Counted from the whole stretch's first letter, positions 36,741 to 50,348 are shown. The stretch is 63,777 bases of DNA, filler included, from Lama guanicoe (GCA_013239625.1; 208 parts of 208 records of this genome joined end to end with filler, not necessarily neighbours in it); one strand, 5' to 3'. Made by a program: numbers and translations. The notes: generated by a model from the sequence alone, not told the origin.

Positions 36741-37199
36741 NNNNNNNNNNNNNNNNNNNNNNNNNNNNNNNNNNNNNNNNNNNNTTAATTAATTAANNNN
36801 NNNNNNNNNNNNNNNNNNNNNNNNNNNNNNNNNNNNNNNNTTCCTCCATATTTCTTGATGGCTTGATAGCTCATCTCTTCTTCAGTGCCGAATAATATTC
36901 CATCGTCTGGATGTACCACAGTTTATTTATCCATCCACCTATCGAAGGACATCTTGGTTGCTTCCAAGTTTTGACAACTATGAATAAAGCTGATATATCA
37001 CAGACATTTAAAGTTGTTATTGACATAGTCGAGTCCATATCTACCACNNNNNNNNNNNNNNNNNNNNNNNNNNNNNNNNNNNNNNNNNNNNTTAATTAAT
37101 TAANNNNNNNNNNNNNNNNNNNNNNNNNNNNNNNNNNNNNNNNNNNNACAGATCCAGGAATCAGATATGGTGGAATCACTTCTACAAGGACTGGGGATT

Positions 37200-37350
37200 A
37201 CACAGTGCCTCAGTTTTCCCTCCTGTAAAAAGGGATGATGACAATGCTCCCCTCCTAGGGTTCTCATGGAGACAAAATGAGTTAGCACCTGAAAGCTCTT
37301 AAAACAATGCCTGGTGGATACTAAGCCCTGTACACATGTTTGTTAAATAG
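37200..37350 (+). mobile_element. MIR SINE
   Basis: GTGCCTCAGTTTTCCCTCCTGTAAAAAGGGATGATGACA...AAATGAGTTA...AACAATGCCTGG. Confidence 0.8.
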
Positions 37351-37454
37351 CAAANNNNNNNNNNNNNNNNNNNNNNNNNNNNNNNNNNNNNNNNNNNNTT
37401 AATTAATTAANNNNNNNNNNNNNNNNNNNNNNNNNNNNNNNNNNNNNNNNNNNN

Positions 37455-37661
37455 CACACCATACACAAAAATAAACTCAAAATGGCTTAAAGACTTAAAC
37501 AAAGACAAAACACTATAAACCCCCTGGAAGAAAACATAGGCAAAACATTCTCTGGCATAAACCTTAGCAATGTTCTCCTACAGCAGTCTACAAGGTAACA
37601 GAAATAAAAATGAAAATAAATAAATGGGACCTAATTAAACTTATAAGCTTTTGCACAGCAA
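37455..37661 (+). mobile_element. Relatively young LINE-1 ORF2 fragment
   Basis: CACACCATACACAAAAATAAACTCAAAATGG...GAAGAAAACATAGGCAAAAC...AAATGGGACCTAATTAAACTTATAAGCTTTTGCACAGCAA. Confidence 0.92.
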
Positions 37662-40600
37662 NNNNNNNNNNNNNNNNNNNNNNNNNNNNNNNNNNNNNNN
37701 NNNNNTTAATTAATTAANNNNNNNNNNNNNNNNNNNNNNNNNNNNNNNNNNNNNNNNNNNNGGACGTTCTATGCTCTCAGGAGAGCCCCCGGCGTGGGGA
37801 TGGGGCTGACGAGTCGGGGCCTGGGGGGAGCGGCACGACTCCCGACAATGTGGAGGGTCCTAAGTGCGCCCCAGAGGCAGCAGGCAGGGTGTCAGGGTGG
37901 TCAGGGCCCTGGGAGGCTAGACTGTGGACGGAGCAGGGGGGTTGGTGGTGTGGGCACTTCTGGGGGACNNNNNNNNNNNNNNNNNNNNNNNNNNNNNNNN
38001 NNNNNNNNNNNNTTAATTAATTAANNNNNNNNNNNNNNNNNNNNNNNNNNNNNNNNNNNNNNNNNNNNCACAGCTGGCACTCAGCAAATGTGCTTTTCTC
38101 TCTTGTGTCTTGAGAACTCTTCGGAGTTGTAACACGCAAGCCTCGTCCTCGGCTGGCGAGGACCATGAGGAGGGAACTTCGAGACCTGATGGGAACCCTC
38201 GGCAGCTGAAAAGAGGAAGGCACTTCCTCCCTCCCGGGGGCTTGCCAAATGCAGTGGTTCTCAAACTTGAACATGNNNNNNNNNNNNNNNNNNNNNNNNN
38301 NNNNNNNNNNNNNNNNNNNTTAATTAATTAANNNNNNNNNNNNNNNNNNNNNNNNNNNNNNNNNNNNNNNNNNNNAGAATGTAGCAAAATATGACTCAAG
38401 AACTGAAGAAACTACAAAAAGTAATATTGAAGGAAAAATTTAATTAATAAAAATAAAGTAGAGGTTAATGCCTTAGAAAAACAGGGATAAAGTATAATTG
38501 ATAAATCTATGTGGTGGTTGCTTCATAAAGTAAAAAAAAAAGAAAACTGTGATGCAGTTTTAATAAAGGGAAATAACATGTGNNNNNNNNNNNNNNNNNN
38601 NNNNNNNNNNNNNNNNNNNNNNNNNNTTAATTAATTAANNNNNNNNNNNNNNNNNNNNNNNNNNNNNNNNNNNNNNNNNNNNACTGTGTTGGGTATGAAT
38701 ATGCAAAGGATAGAGGGTTCTGTGTTAAACATATCCACGTGGCAGGAGGGGCTGAGTCTGTGATTGAGACAATAGCCAAAAGCAATGGTTTCTGACTATG
38801 AGTATATTTTACCTTGGGACACTTGACAATGTCTGGACATGGACATTCAAGACAATGCCAAGACAGGGGGCAGGGCATGCAACCAGCATNNNNNNNNNNN
38901 NNNNNNNNNNNNNNNNNNNNNNNNNNNNNNNNNTTAATTAATTAANNNNNNNNNNNNNNNNNNNNNNNNNNNNNNNNNNNNNNNNNNNNACTTGAAAATC
39001 ATATTATGTAGACTCTTGTTTATCCAATTGACAACTGATAAAAATCTTTCCAATTTTTTTCTGTAATATTCCTACTTTCTAGGCATTATTGGCCTTTTTT
39101 TTTTTTAAGAATCACACATTGTATAAGTTAATGAGTCTAGATCACTTAAAGAGCTTATTCCTTGAAAATAATGTTCCATGCAATAAGGAGAAAAGTNNNN
39201 NNNNNNNNNNNNNNNNNNNNNNNNNNNNNNNNNNNNNNNNTTAATTAATTAANNNNNNNNNNNNNNNNNNNNNNNNNNNNNNNNNNNNNNNNNNNNTGAT
39301 GTTAGTGACCGAGAGCCTGGAACACACCTGAGCCATGGGTCCCCGAGCAATGAGGGGCGGGGAGAGGAAAGAACTGGAGGGCAGGAGAGAAGGTCCACAC
39401 TTGGGTGCTCCTGTCGGGGCAGATCAGAAGGCGGTGCAGGGAGCCTGAGAGCCACTTGGAGGCAGCCATGCGAACCCCTCCCCATCTTCACCTTCGCTTT
39501 GCCNNNNNNNNNNNNNNNNNNNNNNNNNNNNNNNNNNNNNNNNNNNNTTAATTAATTAANNNNNNNNNNNNNNNNNNNNNNNNNNNNNNNNNNNNNNNNN
39601 NNNGAGAGATAAAGGACTATTTAGAAGATGTTTGTGGCTTCCTATCCTGCTGAATTTTCAGTAAGAATAGTTGGTAGGCAGCTACCTACGATGCAGTCTG
39701 TAATGTCAGCCTTGTGTACAGAGTCAGGAGTTTTTCTCAAAAAAATTTTATTTTTAATCCGTAAACCATTAAAGTGCTGTCTTATTTTTAATTTGCAGGA
39801 TCTATATCCTNNNNNNNNNNNNNNNNNNNNNNNNNNNNNNNNNNNNNNNNNNNNTTAATTAATTAANNNNNNNNNNNNNNNNNNNNNNNNNNNNNNNNNN
39901 NNNNNNNNNNGAAAAAGCTGTCACTGATTGTTTATCACTTTAACAAAAACACATTCTCATTTTGGATTAAAGACAGGTGTGTGATCACTCTGGTTGAACC
40001 CTCATCCAAGCTCCAGACCTGGTGTATGCAAGAAAACTGTAAGAATAATCTCTAAAACACAAAAGAAGGAAAAGCATTCTTTATTTGGAGAAGAAAACTC
40101 TGCGACTGCACCAAATANNNNNNNNNNNNNNNNNNNNNNNNNNNNNNNNNNNNNNNNNNNNTTAATTAATTAANNNNNNNNNNNNNNNNNNNNNNNNNNN
40201 NNNNNNNNNNNNNNNNNGCACTTGAGACTTCAGAATTATATGGAGACATCTGAGACTAAAGACAAACTGATATTTTTTAAAAATTAAAATCCTCAAAATG
40301 AACATCTATTTAAATTTCCTTAGGTTGCAATTATATGGTTTTTAACAATATGAAATCATACTCAAAACTCTGTGTATATACATTTTTCTACTTTTTGTTG
40401 AAGTATACTATACAGAAAAGTTCANNNNNNNNNNNNNNNNNNNNNNNNNNNNNNNNNNNNNNNNNNNNTTAATTAATTAANNNNNNNNNNNNNNNNNNNN
40501 NNNNNNNNNNNNNNNNNNNNNNNNACACAGTGAGTGTGTGACCTGTTACAGCTATTGCACAGCTACGTCCAGTAGCCGTGCTACACACTACAGTCCCCAT

Positions 40601-40831
40601 TCCCTGTCGGGAAAATGAGGATGATGGACCACATCTCACCTCTGTCTTCTCCGCACCAGGACCCTAAGGGGTTAGACATGGTTGTCTTCAGTGGGTGGAC
40701 ACCACCATCTAGTGGAAGAGAAGAAACAGTGNNNNNNNNNNNNNNNNNNNNNNNNNNNNNNNNNNNNNNNNNNNNTTAATTAATTAANNNNNNNNNNNNN
40801 NNNNNNNNNNNNNNNNNNNNNNNNNNNNNNN

Positions 40832-41038
40832 AAAAAAAAATTACAAACAATATCTCTGATTAATAAAGATGCAATGATCCTCAACAAATTATTAGCAAAT
40901 AGAATTCAACACAACATAAAAAAGGCCATTCACCATGATCCGACATGATTTAGAGCAGGGATGCAAGGATGATTCAACATCTACAAGTTAATCAGTGTTA
41001 CACACCATATTAACAAACTGAAGGAGTAAAAATCACAT
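40832..41038 (+). mobile_element. LINE-1 ORF2 reverse-transcriptase N-terminal fragment
   Basis: Encodes a degenerate [21 protein letters not shown]...IHHD...GMQG. Confidence 0.88.
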
Positions 41039-41445
41039 NNNNNNNNNNNNNNNNNNNNNNNNNNNNNNNNNNNNNNNNNNNNTTAATTAATTAANNNNNN
41101 NNNNNNNNNNNNNNNNNNNNNNNNNNNNNNNNNNNNNNAAAAGATTTTCTTTCCACTGTGAGATACTTAACCTTTATAATTCGTTGTGTTGACATTAATT
41201 TAATCTTAATTGGTTATAACTTGTAATGCTTTCAAGGCTCAGTTCACCTTTTCAAGGTATATAATTTCAAGTCTGACCTATGATCTAAAGAAAAAGGAAC
41301 ACAGAAAACAAACCCTAGCTCCTCTAAGAAGATGTTTGTAATCAGNNNNNNNNNNNNNNNNNNNNNNNNNNNNNNNNNNNNNNNNNNNNTTAATTAATTA
41401 ANNNNNNNNNNNNNNNNNNNNNNNNNNNNNNNNNNNNNNNNNNNN

Positions 41446-41528
41446 TCTAATGTGGGTGGGCCTTGTCCAATCAGTTGAAGATCTGAGAAAGGCTGATCCT
41501 CCCTCAAGTTAAGAGAGAATTCCTCCTG
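41446..41528 (+). mobile_element. MLT2 (ERVL) LTR fragment interrupted by the SINE
   Basis: AATGTGGGTGGGCCTTGTCCAATCAGTTGAAG...GAGAATTCCTCCTG resembles the recalled MLT2 consensus. Confidence 0.75.
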
Positions 41529-41534
41529 GGAGCA

Positions 41535-41652
41535 GGGAGGGTAGAGCTCAGTGGCAGAGCACGTGCTTAGCATGCACAAGGTTCTGGGTTCATCCCCAGC
41601 ACCTCCATTAAAAAGGTAAATAAAAGTAAACCTAATTATGTCCCTCCCACCC
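41535..41652 (+). mobile_element. tRNA(Ala)-derived SINE, camelid vic-1-like
   Basis: GGGAGGGTAGAGCTCAGTGGCAGAGCACGTGCTTAGCATGCACAAGGTTCTGGGTTCATCCCCAGCACCTCCA is a tRNA-Ala(AGC)-like head with A box and degenerate B box, followed by an A-rich linker and an AAACCTAATTA tail. Confidence 0.85.
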
Positions 41653-42980
41653 NNNNNNNNNNNNNNNNNNNNNNNNNNNNNNNNNNNNNNNNNNNNTTAA
41701 TTAATTAANNNNNNNNNNNNNNNNNNNNNNNNNNNNNNNNNNNNNNNNNNNNTATCACCAATTTTTAAATGAGACACTGAAACCCAGAGAGGCTCACATA
41801 GTTCAGCATCACAGTGCTAGTTAGGGGCAAACACCAGGATTTGGACTCACAGTCTGGTTCCTAGTCTATGGTCTTAACTCTCAAGCATTCCTCTAAACTC
41901 CTTCTTTATCCCTTAAACATCTCTCCAAGTTACTCAGAACTCACCAGCATACCCTGGACNNNNNNNNNNNNNNNNNNNNNNNNNNNNNNNNNNNNNNNNN
42001 NNNTTAATTAATTAANNNNNNNNNNNNNNNNNNNNNNNNNNNNNNNNNNNNNNNNNNNNTATCACCAATTTTTAAATGAGACACTGAAACCCAGAGAGGC
42101 TCACATAGCTCAGCATCACAGTGCTAATTAGGGGCAAACACCAGGATTTGGACACACGGTCTGGTTCCTAGTCTATGGTCTTAACTCTCAAGCATTCCTC
42201 TAAACGCCTTCTTTATACCTTAAACATCTCTCCAAGTTACTCAGAACTCACCAGCATACCCTGGACNNNNNNNNNNNNNNNNNNNNNNNNNNNNNNNNNN
42301 NNNNNNNNNNTTAATTAATTAANNNNNNNNNNNNNNNNNNNNNNNNNNNNNNNNNNNNNNNNNNNNGAGAACGTCTCAACTCATTCTGTGCGGGAGTCTG
42401 TTTCCGGGGAACGTGTGTTACTCCCGGGGCGGGTCTCCAGGTCCTTCCCTGGGCGCCGGAGTCCAGCTTTCGCAGCTGGAGAGCCCACAGTAACGTAACA
42501 CGGGCCACTTCTATGAACATACGCCCGAGAGGAACAATCCTGGCAAAAACTGTGGTTGGCTCTATTTATTTTTNNNNNNNNNNNNNNNNNNNNNNNNNNN
42601 NNNNNNNNNNNNNNNNNTTAATTAATTAANNNNNNNNNNNNNNNNNNNNNNNNNNNNNNNNNNNNNNNNNNNNAGATTTCTCACTATTGGAGTGGAATTT
42701 CACAGATAAGCAAAGGAGGAGGCTACAGTGATCCATGTGGTAATGTATTAAAGTTGGAGACATCAATAAGAACTCACATTTTATTGGTTATAGAAAAATA
42801 TGTGTGTGTGCCTAGGTTACTATACACACATGTATTTAACACTCTGTTCTCTGAAAGAGCCTAGAAGCAGTGACATCCCANNNNNNNNNNNNNNNNNNNN
42901 NNNNNNNNNNNNNNNNNNNNNNNNTTAATTAATTAANNNNNNNNNNNNNNNNNNNNNNNNNNNNNNNNNNNNNNNNNNNN

Positions 42981-43494
42981 CAAAAAGTCTACAAATAGAA
43001 AGTGTTTGAGACAATGTGGAGGTAAGAAACCTCTTGCATACTCTTGGTAGGAATGTAAATTTTTACAACTTCTACAGAAAACAGTATTCAGATTTATTTA
43101 AAACCAGATGAGAACTACCATATGAAAGAGTAATAACCCTCCTAGGAAAAATCTGGGGAAAAAACCATAAATTGAGAAGAACCAATGNNNNNNNNNNNNN
43201 NNNNNNNNNNNNNNNNNNNNNNNNNNNNNNNTTAATTAATTAANNNNNNNNNNNNNNNNNNNNNNNNNNNNNNNNNNNNNNNNNNNNAGATCATAGCAAT
43301 ACAGGCTTTTCTCAAAAGTGAGAAAAATCTCAAACATTCTAAAAAAGAATTAAAAACATACAGCCTGCTAAGACTGAGTTAAGGAGAAAGAGAAAATTTG
43401 AACACACCAATCTCTAGAAATGAAATTGAATTTTTAATAATAATTTAAAAAAATCCCAGCAAACAGAAGTCCAGGGCCAATGACTTCATAGGGT
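42981..43494 (+). mobile_element. Two separate contigs (42981-43187 and 43288-43494), each a decayed LINE-1 ORF2 fragment
   Basis: AAAAAGTCTACAAATA...GGTAGGAATGTAAAT...AGAACTACCATATGA; and CATAGCAATACAGGC...AACAGAAGTCCAGGGCCAATGACTTCA. Confidence 0.75.
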
Positions 43495-45129
43495 NNNNNN
43501 NNNNNNNNNNNNNNNNNNNNNNNNNNNNNNNNNNNNNNTTAATTAATTAANNNNNNNNNNNNNNNNNNNNNNNNNNNNNNNNNNNNNNNNNNNNTATTTG
43601 AAACAGGGACTCTCCTGGAGCTGTCCCCACAGCAGGTCATCATACATAGGCACCTTCCTCAGCTGCCAGGCCCTTTACACCTGATAACTTTCCCGAGGGT
43701 GTGTCTTTGGAGAATCATCTCCTAACTCTGGGTGATGGAAGAAGGATAATAATGAGCCATATTGTGTTTCCTTAGCATCCTGGGACATGGGGTTACTTTG
43801 TNNNNNNNNNNNNNNNNNNNNNNNNNNNNNNNNNNNNNNNNNNNNTTAATTAATTAANNNNNNNNNNNNNNNNNNNNNNNNNNNNNNNNNNNNNNNNNNN
43901 NTGGGCTTATCAACAGCTAGGCCACAGCCTTTACCAACTGACAGTGCAGACGGCGAATCATACAGAGAGCACAGGGAAAACTTGACTCTCCGCTTAATCC
44001 AACAAAAATAAACCTTTTAAAAATGCATGTACACCCAGGCAGCATGTACTAATGCCAGGTTGGTGAACAGGACGCGTGATTTGACTTCGACTTGTAATAC
44101 TGAGAATGNNNNNNNNNNNNNNNNNNNNNNNNNNNNNNNNNNNNNNNNNNNNTTAATTAATTAANNNNNNNNNNNNNNNNNNNNNNNNNNNNNNNNNNNN
44201 NNNNNNNNAGTACAGACACTTTCCATCCCCAGGAAGGAGGAAGGTCTGACTGAGGATCCCACTCAACCAGGCTGTGCTCTGGCCATGGCTTGAGTTTGTG
44301 ATCTTCTAGAATTCACGTTTCCTTACACAGATAAAAACTTCCCGGGCTGCTGCAGAAAGGCCGGATTTTTCACTAGAGTAGAGACACTTCCAGCTTTGCC
44401 CAGATCTTGACTGGCNNNNNNNNNNNNNNNNNNNNNNNNNNNNNNNNNNNNNNNNNNNNTTAATTAATTAANNNNNNNNNNNNNNNNNNNNNNNNNNNNN
44501 NNNNNNNNNNNNNNNCCCATTATCATTACCACCCTCCAGGATCCGGGACACTTCTCAGTGTTCTTACAGAATGTTCTTACAGCGTCACCCAGGACATATA
44601 TTTAAATATCCAAATGGAACAGCCCTTTAAAGTTTCACGAGGTCAAATTCAGTGTCTTCTCGTATGTGCTCCTTCAGCACATGCCCAAGACTTAGGACAA
44701 GAGGCAAAACTTACTGTCACTCNNNNNNNNNNNNNNNNNNNNNNNNNNNNNNNNNNNNNNNNNNNNTTAATTAATTAANNNNNNNNNNNNNNNNNNNNNN
44801 NNNNNNNNNNNNNNNNNNNNNNACTAGCTAGACAAATGGTTCATTTACTATAGAATATTTGCAGTTTAAAAACTTTTTTTTTACTTCCCTGTATGACTAG
44901 GTTTAACCATGGGCCCCCAATACTCAGAATGGTGTCTTCACGAGGCCCCTTTATGGGGGTCCCCGTGTGCTGGCTTCTTTGGCTCAAGGATCAGAGCTGA
45001 TCCCTCCATGCGCTGGAAGTCAGTGTTTCNNNNNNNNNNNNNNNNNNNNNNNNNNNNNNNNNNNNNNNNNNNNTTAATTAATTAANNNNNNNNNNNNNNN
45101 NNNNNNNNNNNNNNNNNNNNNNNNNNNNN

Positions 45130-45336
45130 TAGAGCAATTGGACAAGAACAAGAAAGAAGTGGGATCCACATTGGAAAAGAAGAGCTAAAACTCTCTATAT
45201 CTGGATGACATGATATTATACATAGAAAACCCTAAAGGGCTTCACAGGAAAAAAATTGACTAGAGCTGAGGAAAGAATTTGGCAAGGTAGCAGGACACAA
45301 CAACAACGCACAGAAATCAGTGGCATTTCTTGACAC
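45130..45336 (+). mobile_element. LINE-1 RT catalytic region (xADD motif), frameshifted
   Basis: GATGACATGATATTATACATAGAAAACCCTAAA = DDMILYIENPK, preceded by GIHIGKEELKLS. Confidence 0.9.
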
Positions 45337-46971
45337 NNNNNNNNNNNNNNNNNNNNNNNNNNNNNNNNNNNNNNNNNNNNTTAATTAATTAANNNNNNNN
45401 NNNNNNNNNNNNNNNNNNNNNNNNNNNNNNNNNNNNTGGGCTTATCAACAGCTAGGCCACAGCCTTTACCAACTGACAGTGCAGATGGCGAATCATACAG
45501 AGAGCACAGGGAAAACTTGACTCTCCACTTAATCCAACAAAAATAAACCTTTTAAAAATGCATTTACACCCAGGCAGCATGTACTAATGCCAGATTGGTG
45601 AACAGGACGCGTGATTTGACTTCGACTTGTAATACTGAGAATGNNNNNNNNNNNNNNNNNNNNNNNNNNNNNNNNNNNNNNNNNNNNTTAATTAATTAAN
45701 NNNNNNNNNNNNNNNNNNNNNNNNNNNNNNNNNNNNNNNNNNNATTTTCCTTTATGTCTATGTTTTAAAATGTGGGTTAGAGGCTTATCCATGTCTAAGC
45801 TTTATCTTTAACAATAATCAGTATTTATACAAAATCTAACTGGTAAAGTACCTTATACTACAAAGGAAGTAATCAAATGAGAAACAGAGAATTTAATGAT
45901 GGAGCAAGGTTTCCCAAACTTGGTATCATTGACCTTTTGGACCAGATCATNNNNNNNNNNNNNNNNNNNNNNNNNNNNNNNNNNNNNNNNNNNNTTAATT
46001 AATTAANNNNNNNNNNNNNNNNNNNNNNNNNNNNNNNNNNNNNNNNNNNNTGTGGGTAATGAATACAAACCTAGAGTTAATCCTTCTCCTTCAGTGTATT
46101 AACCCCAAATCTCTCTTCTAATAATTCTATTTCCTTTCCCTTAAAAAAATCATCCAAATTAGTTTCAATCATTACCTGCCAAAAGTTCACTGGGTTTTGG
46201 TTATTTATAGATATCCTACATAATGATGAGAGAAGGACAACTAGACTTACTATATTCNNNNNNNNNNNNNNNNNNNNNNNNNNNNNNNNNNNNNNNNNNN
46301 NTTAATTAATTAANNNNNNNNNNNNNNNNNNNNNNNNNNNNNNNNNNNNNNNNNNNNAGATGAGGGCCGTATCAACAACCTTCTTTATTCCCCCCAAATC
46401 ACAACAATGTAGCTACACTGTAGACACTGAGCATAAACGGCCTGGTGACGTGACATGCACTCCGGTTTTCACTCCTCATGCCGACAATCTGACCGGTGCC
46501 CGAATCCACCTGTTTTTTCCCTCCCTGGAGCTCTGCTACCTTCTTCATTTCCCCCCTCATTTCTNNNNNNNNNNNNNNNNNNNNNNNNNNNNNNNNNNNN
46601 NNNNNNNNTTAATTAATTAANNNNNNNNNNNNNNNNNNNNNNNNNNNNNNNNNNNNNNNNNNNNTATTCTGCCAGCCAGGAAACAAGTTTGCCCTTGTCC
46701 CACAAGGCAGATATCCCCCAAGGCTGTTTGGGTATCTCCCAGCATCCTTGGAAGTAGTCCAGAGAAAAGCGAATTTAAGAGGTTCAGAAACACCATGCAG
46801 AATTGTCTCCCAGTGCTTTAGGGTTGAAAGTCAAAATGTAAAATTTGAATCTATTTTGCATATCCATTAATNNNNNNNNNNNNNNNNNNNNNNNNNNNNN
46901 NNNNNNNNNNNNNNNTTAATTAATTAANNNNNNNNNNNNNNNNNNNNNNNNNNNNNNNNNNNNNNNNNNNN

Positions 46972-47178
46972 TTTTTTTATTGAGGTATAGTTGATTTACA
47001 GTATTATATCAGTTTCAGACATACAACATAGTGATTCAAAAATTTTATAGATTATACTCCATTTGAAGTTATTATGAAATATTGGCTATTTTCCCTGTGC
47101 TGTACAATATACCCTTCTAGTTTGTTGTTTGATATACAGTAGTTAGTATCTCTTAATTCCTTTCCCCTATCTTGGCCC
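46972..47178 (-). mobile_element. LINE-1 3' end (L1MA-like)
   Basis: TTTTTTTATTGAGGTATAGTTGATTTACA...GGCTATTTTCCCTGTGCTGTACAATATA. Confidence 0.85.
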
Positions 47179-49203
47179 NNNNNNNNNNNNNNNNNNNNNN
47201 NNNNNNNNNNNNNNNNNNNNNNTTAATTAATTAANNNNNNNNNNNNNNNNNNNNNNNNNNNNNNNNNNNNNNNNNNNNTTTTATCCTATCCCCTATCCCC
47301 TTCTTTTCATCCTGCCCAGAGTAGATACCATTCTGTTTTATATAAAATGTGAAAAGTAATATTCACAATCCTGCTTTGAGGATTATAGAAAATAATGATT
47401 ATAAAACACCCAGCAGTCTGACTATAATTTAGTAAAAGTTGTGTGAATTTTACTTATTATTACTAATATGTATATATTCATATATNNNNNNNNNNNNNNN
47501 NNNNNNNNNNNNNNNNNNNNNNNNNNNNNTTAATTAATTAANNNNNNNNNNNNNNNNNNNNNNNNNNNNNNNNNNNNNNNNNNNNTCTATGGCTGAGCAA
47601 CGCACTTGCAGACAAAGTGTTCCTCAAGTGTACAAAGAGACCTGCGTCGGTACTTTCTTAAAAAATTAAAGGTATTACCAGTGGATCCATGCCTTGATTT
47701 TACACTAGAGCTCTGAATACACATGTCACAAAAGGACTGTATGAAAATCTTCATTGATGCCTTATTTGTGACTGTCAAAACCTGGGAAAAACNNNNNNNN
47801 NNNNNNNNNNNNNNNNNNNNNNNNNNNNNNNNNNNNTTAATTAATTAANNNNNNNNNNNNNNNNNNNNNNNNNNNNNNNNNNNNNNNNNNNNGGAAATTG
47901 ACACAACATTGTAAACTGACTAGAACTCAATAAAATAAAATTTGAAAAAAAAATAAAAGTATGTGTACATGACACTTGCCCAAAGAGTAAGACAATAAAA
48001 CATTGTCCCCCTGTCTCCGTGTTCTAGATTCCCCAACCCCCGAATACTTCATCTTCCCAGGATTTACTCATTGCAGTAACACAAAAATTTTGAAAACAGN
48101 NNNNNNNNNNNNNNNNNNNNNNNNNNNNNNNNNNNNNNNNNNNTTAATTAATTAANNNNNNNNNNNNNNNNNNNNNNNNNNNNNNNNNNNNNNNNNNNNA
48201 ATATCCTATGTGAGAAGCCACAGTGGAGAGACTGATGCCAGTGAGGGAAAGTGGAGAATCTACTTTAGGCAGAGAAGGAGCAGGTACAGAGAAAGAAATG
48301 GATAAAAGGTCTGATGTTTTTTCTAACACAATGGAGAGATTTGTGTGGTTTGATCTTAGTGTTTATGAGGGTGAAAATAAGGAGCAGTGGATGTCAGAAA
48401 AGAAGCNNNNNNNNNNNNNNNNNNNNNNNNNNNNNNNNNNNNNNNNNNNNTTAATTAATTAANNNNNNNNNNNNNNNNNNNNNNNNNNNNNNNNNNNNNN
48501 NNNNNNTGGAAGAGAGGGAAACGGGCACTGGAGGATGCCAGGGGGGCCAGAGTTCCCAGGGCAGAGTATCAGAGAAGAAAGAACCCAGCACACACGCAAA
48601 AGCGCATGAAATCTGCAGAGGAAGCCAATCAAGTCAGTGCACGCTGAGGAAACCAGTAAAAGCCCATGCTAGGACAAGCTGCGGGGGGAATCTAGTTAGG
48701 ACTGGGGGAATCCNNNNNNNNNNNNNNNNNNNNNNNNNNNNNNNNNNNNNNNNNNNNTTAATTAATTAANNNNNNNNNNNNNNNNNNNNNNNNNNNNNNN
48801 NNNNNNNNNNNNNTATTGTTTTGCTCCTATGATTAACAACTAGGTCATCATCTTTCAACACAAGTCTTTGACCTGTCTCTAAATTATTAAGACGATCATT
48901 TTTTTTTTAATTTACACCAAAAATATGGTAGCTCAGATGGATATTTTCTTCTCTTCCAAGGAAATAACAACTTTTCGTTTTTATTGCCAATTTCAAATTT
49001 TTTGTTTGTGCGTGGTTCATNNNNNNNNNNNNNNNNNNNNNNNNNNNNNNNNNNNNNNNNNNNNTTAATTAATTAANNNNNNNNNNNNNNNNNNNNNNNN
49101 NNNNNNNNNNNNNNNNNNNNAAATGTATCGAGAACATTCTCTCATTAACTAATAGGAAGTACAGACAAGACGGTGTCATGGCTGTTGTGTGCAGGACATG
49201 GGC

Positions 49204-49276
49204 CATGTGTACGAAAGCAGTGACATGTGAGTGGTGTTGGCGCATGTGTATGAAAGCAGTGACATGTGAGTGGTGT
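49204..49276 (+). repeat. Tandem duplication, 34-bp unit x2, period 39
   Basis: CATGTGTA(C/T)GAAAGCAGTGACATGTGAGTGGTGT at 49204-49237 and 49243-49276. Confidence 0.9.
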
Positions 49277-49734
49277 CAGCCCAGGCCCCTTGGACGCCTC
49301 TTGGCACAGGGCACGTGCTGTGAGCTGNNNNNNNNNNNNNNNNNNNNNNNNNNNNNNNNNNNNNNNNNNNNTTAATTAATTAANNNNNNNNNNNNNNNNN
49401 NNNNNNNNNNNNNNNNNNNNNNNNNNNTGCCAAAAACAAAACAAAACAAAACAATAATAAATAAATAAATAAAATTTTAAAAAATCAAGAAATAGCAAGA
49501 TAAGAAACAAAAGTTTTGCTAAGTGGTAGCCTGGGGGTAGGGGCGGGTTGAGGTGAGAGGAACTGAGGAAAGGAACTTTGCTTTATACTGCAGTTCTTTT
49601 TTGTACTCTCTGACTTACTAAAACTAAATATATGNNNNNNNNNNNNNNNNNNNNNNNNNNNNNNNNNNNNNNNNNNNNTTAATTAATTAANNNNNNNNNN
49701 NNNNNNNNNNNNNNNNNNNNNNNNNNNNNNNNNN

Positions 49735-49941
49735 TTTTTATGGGTGAGTTGTATTCCATTGCTCCATCTTCTTTATCCTTTCATCTGTTGATCTGTACTT
49801 GGGGTGCTTCCATGTCCTGGCAATTTTAAATAATGCTGCTGTTAATAGCGGAGTGTATGTATCTTTCTGAATTAATGTTTTTTTTTTCTCAGATGTATGC
49901 CTAGGAGTGGAATTGTTGGGCCATATGGTGGTTCTGTTTTC
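49735..49941 (-). mobile_element. LINE-1 ORF2 end/3' UTR
   Basis: TTTTTATGGGTGAGTTGTATTCCATT...GCTTCCATGTCCTGG...CCTAGGAGTGGAATTG. Confidence 0.85.
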
Positions 49942-50348
49942 NNNNNNNNNNNNNNNNNNNNNNNNNNNNNNNNNNNNNNNNNNNNTTAATTAATTAANNN
50001 NNNNNNNNNNNNNNNNNNNNNNNNNNNNNNNNNNNNNNNNNCGCTTGGAATTCCAAGCAAGGTTATATCTTCTTTGGTTTGCAAGTTTTGGATTTTTCAG
50101 ACGTTGACAAACATCCAGGCTCTGCCTGGATAAATACTGAAAATCTCAATAGAAAATACTAAGAAATAATTTTAAAATTTGTACTAAACTTTCTCTTTTT
50201 TAGGTTGTCGGTTCTGAGGGGGTTAAATATACAAAACTTCAGATTGTTNNNNNNNNNNNNNNNNNNNNNNNNNNNNNNNNNNNNNNNNNNNNTTAATTAA
50301 TTAANNNNNNNNNNNNNNNNNNNNNNNNNNNNNNNNNNNNNNNNNNNN

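Noticed and set aside
41535..41610. Functional tRNA-Ala gene
   Set aside because: Degenerate T-loop/B box, SINE-specific tail and insertion inside an LTR indicate a SINE.
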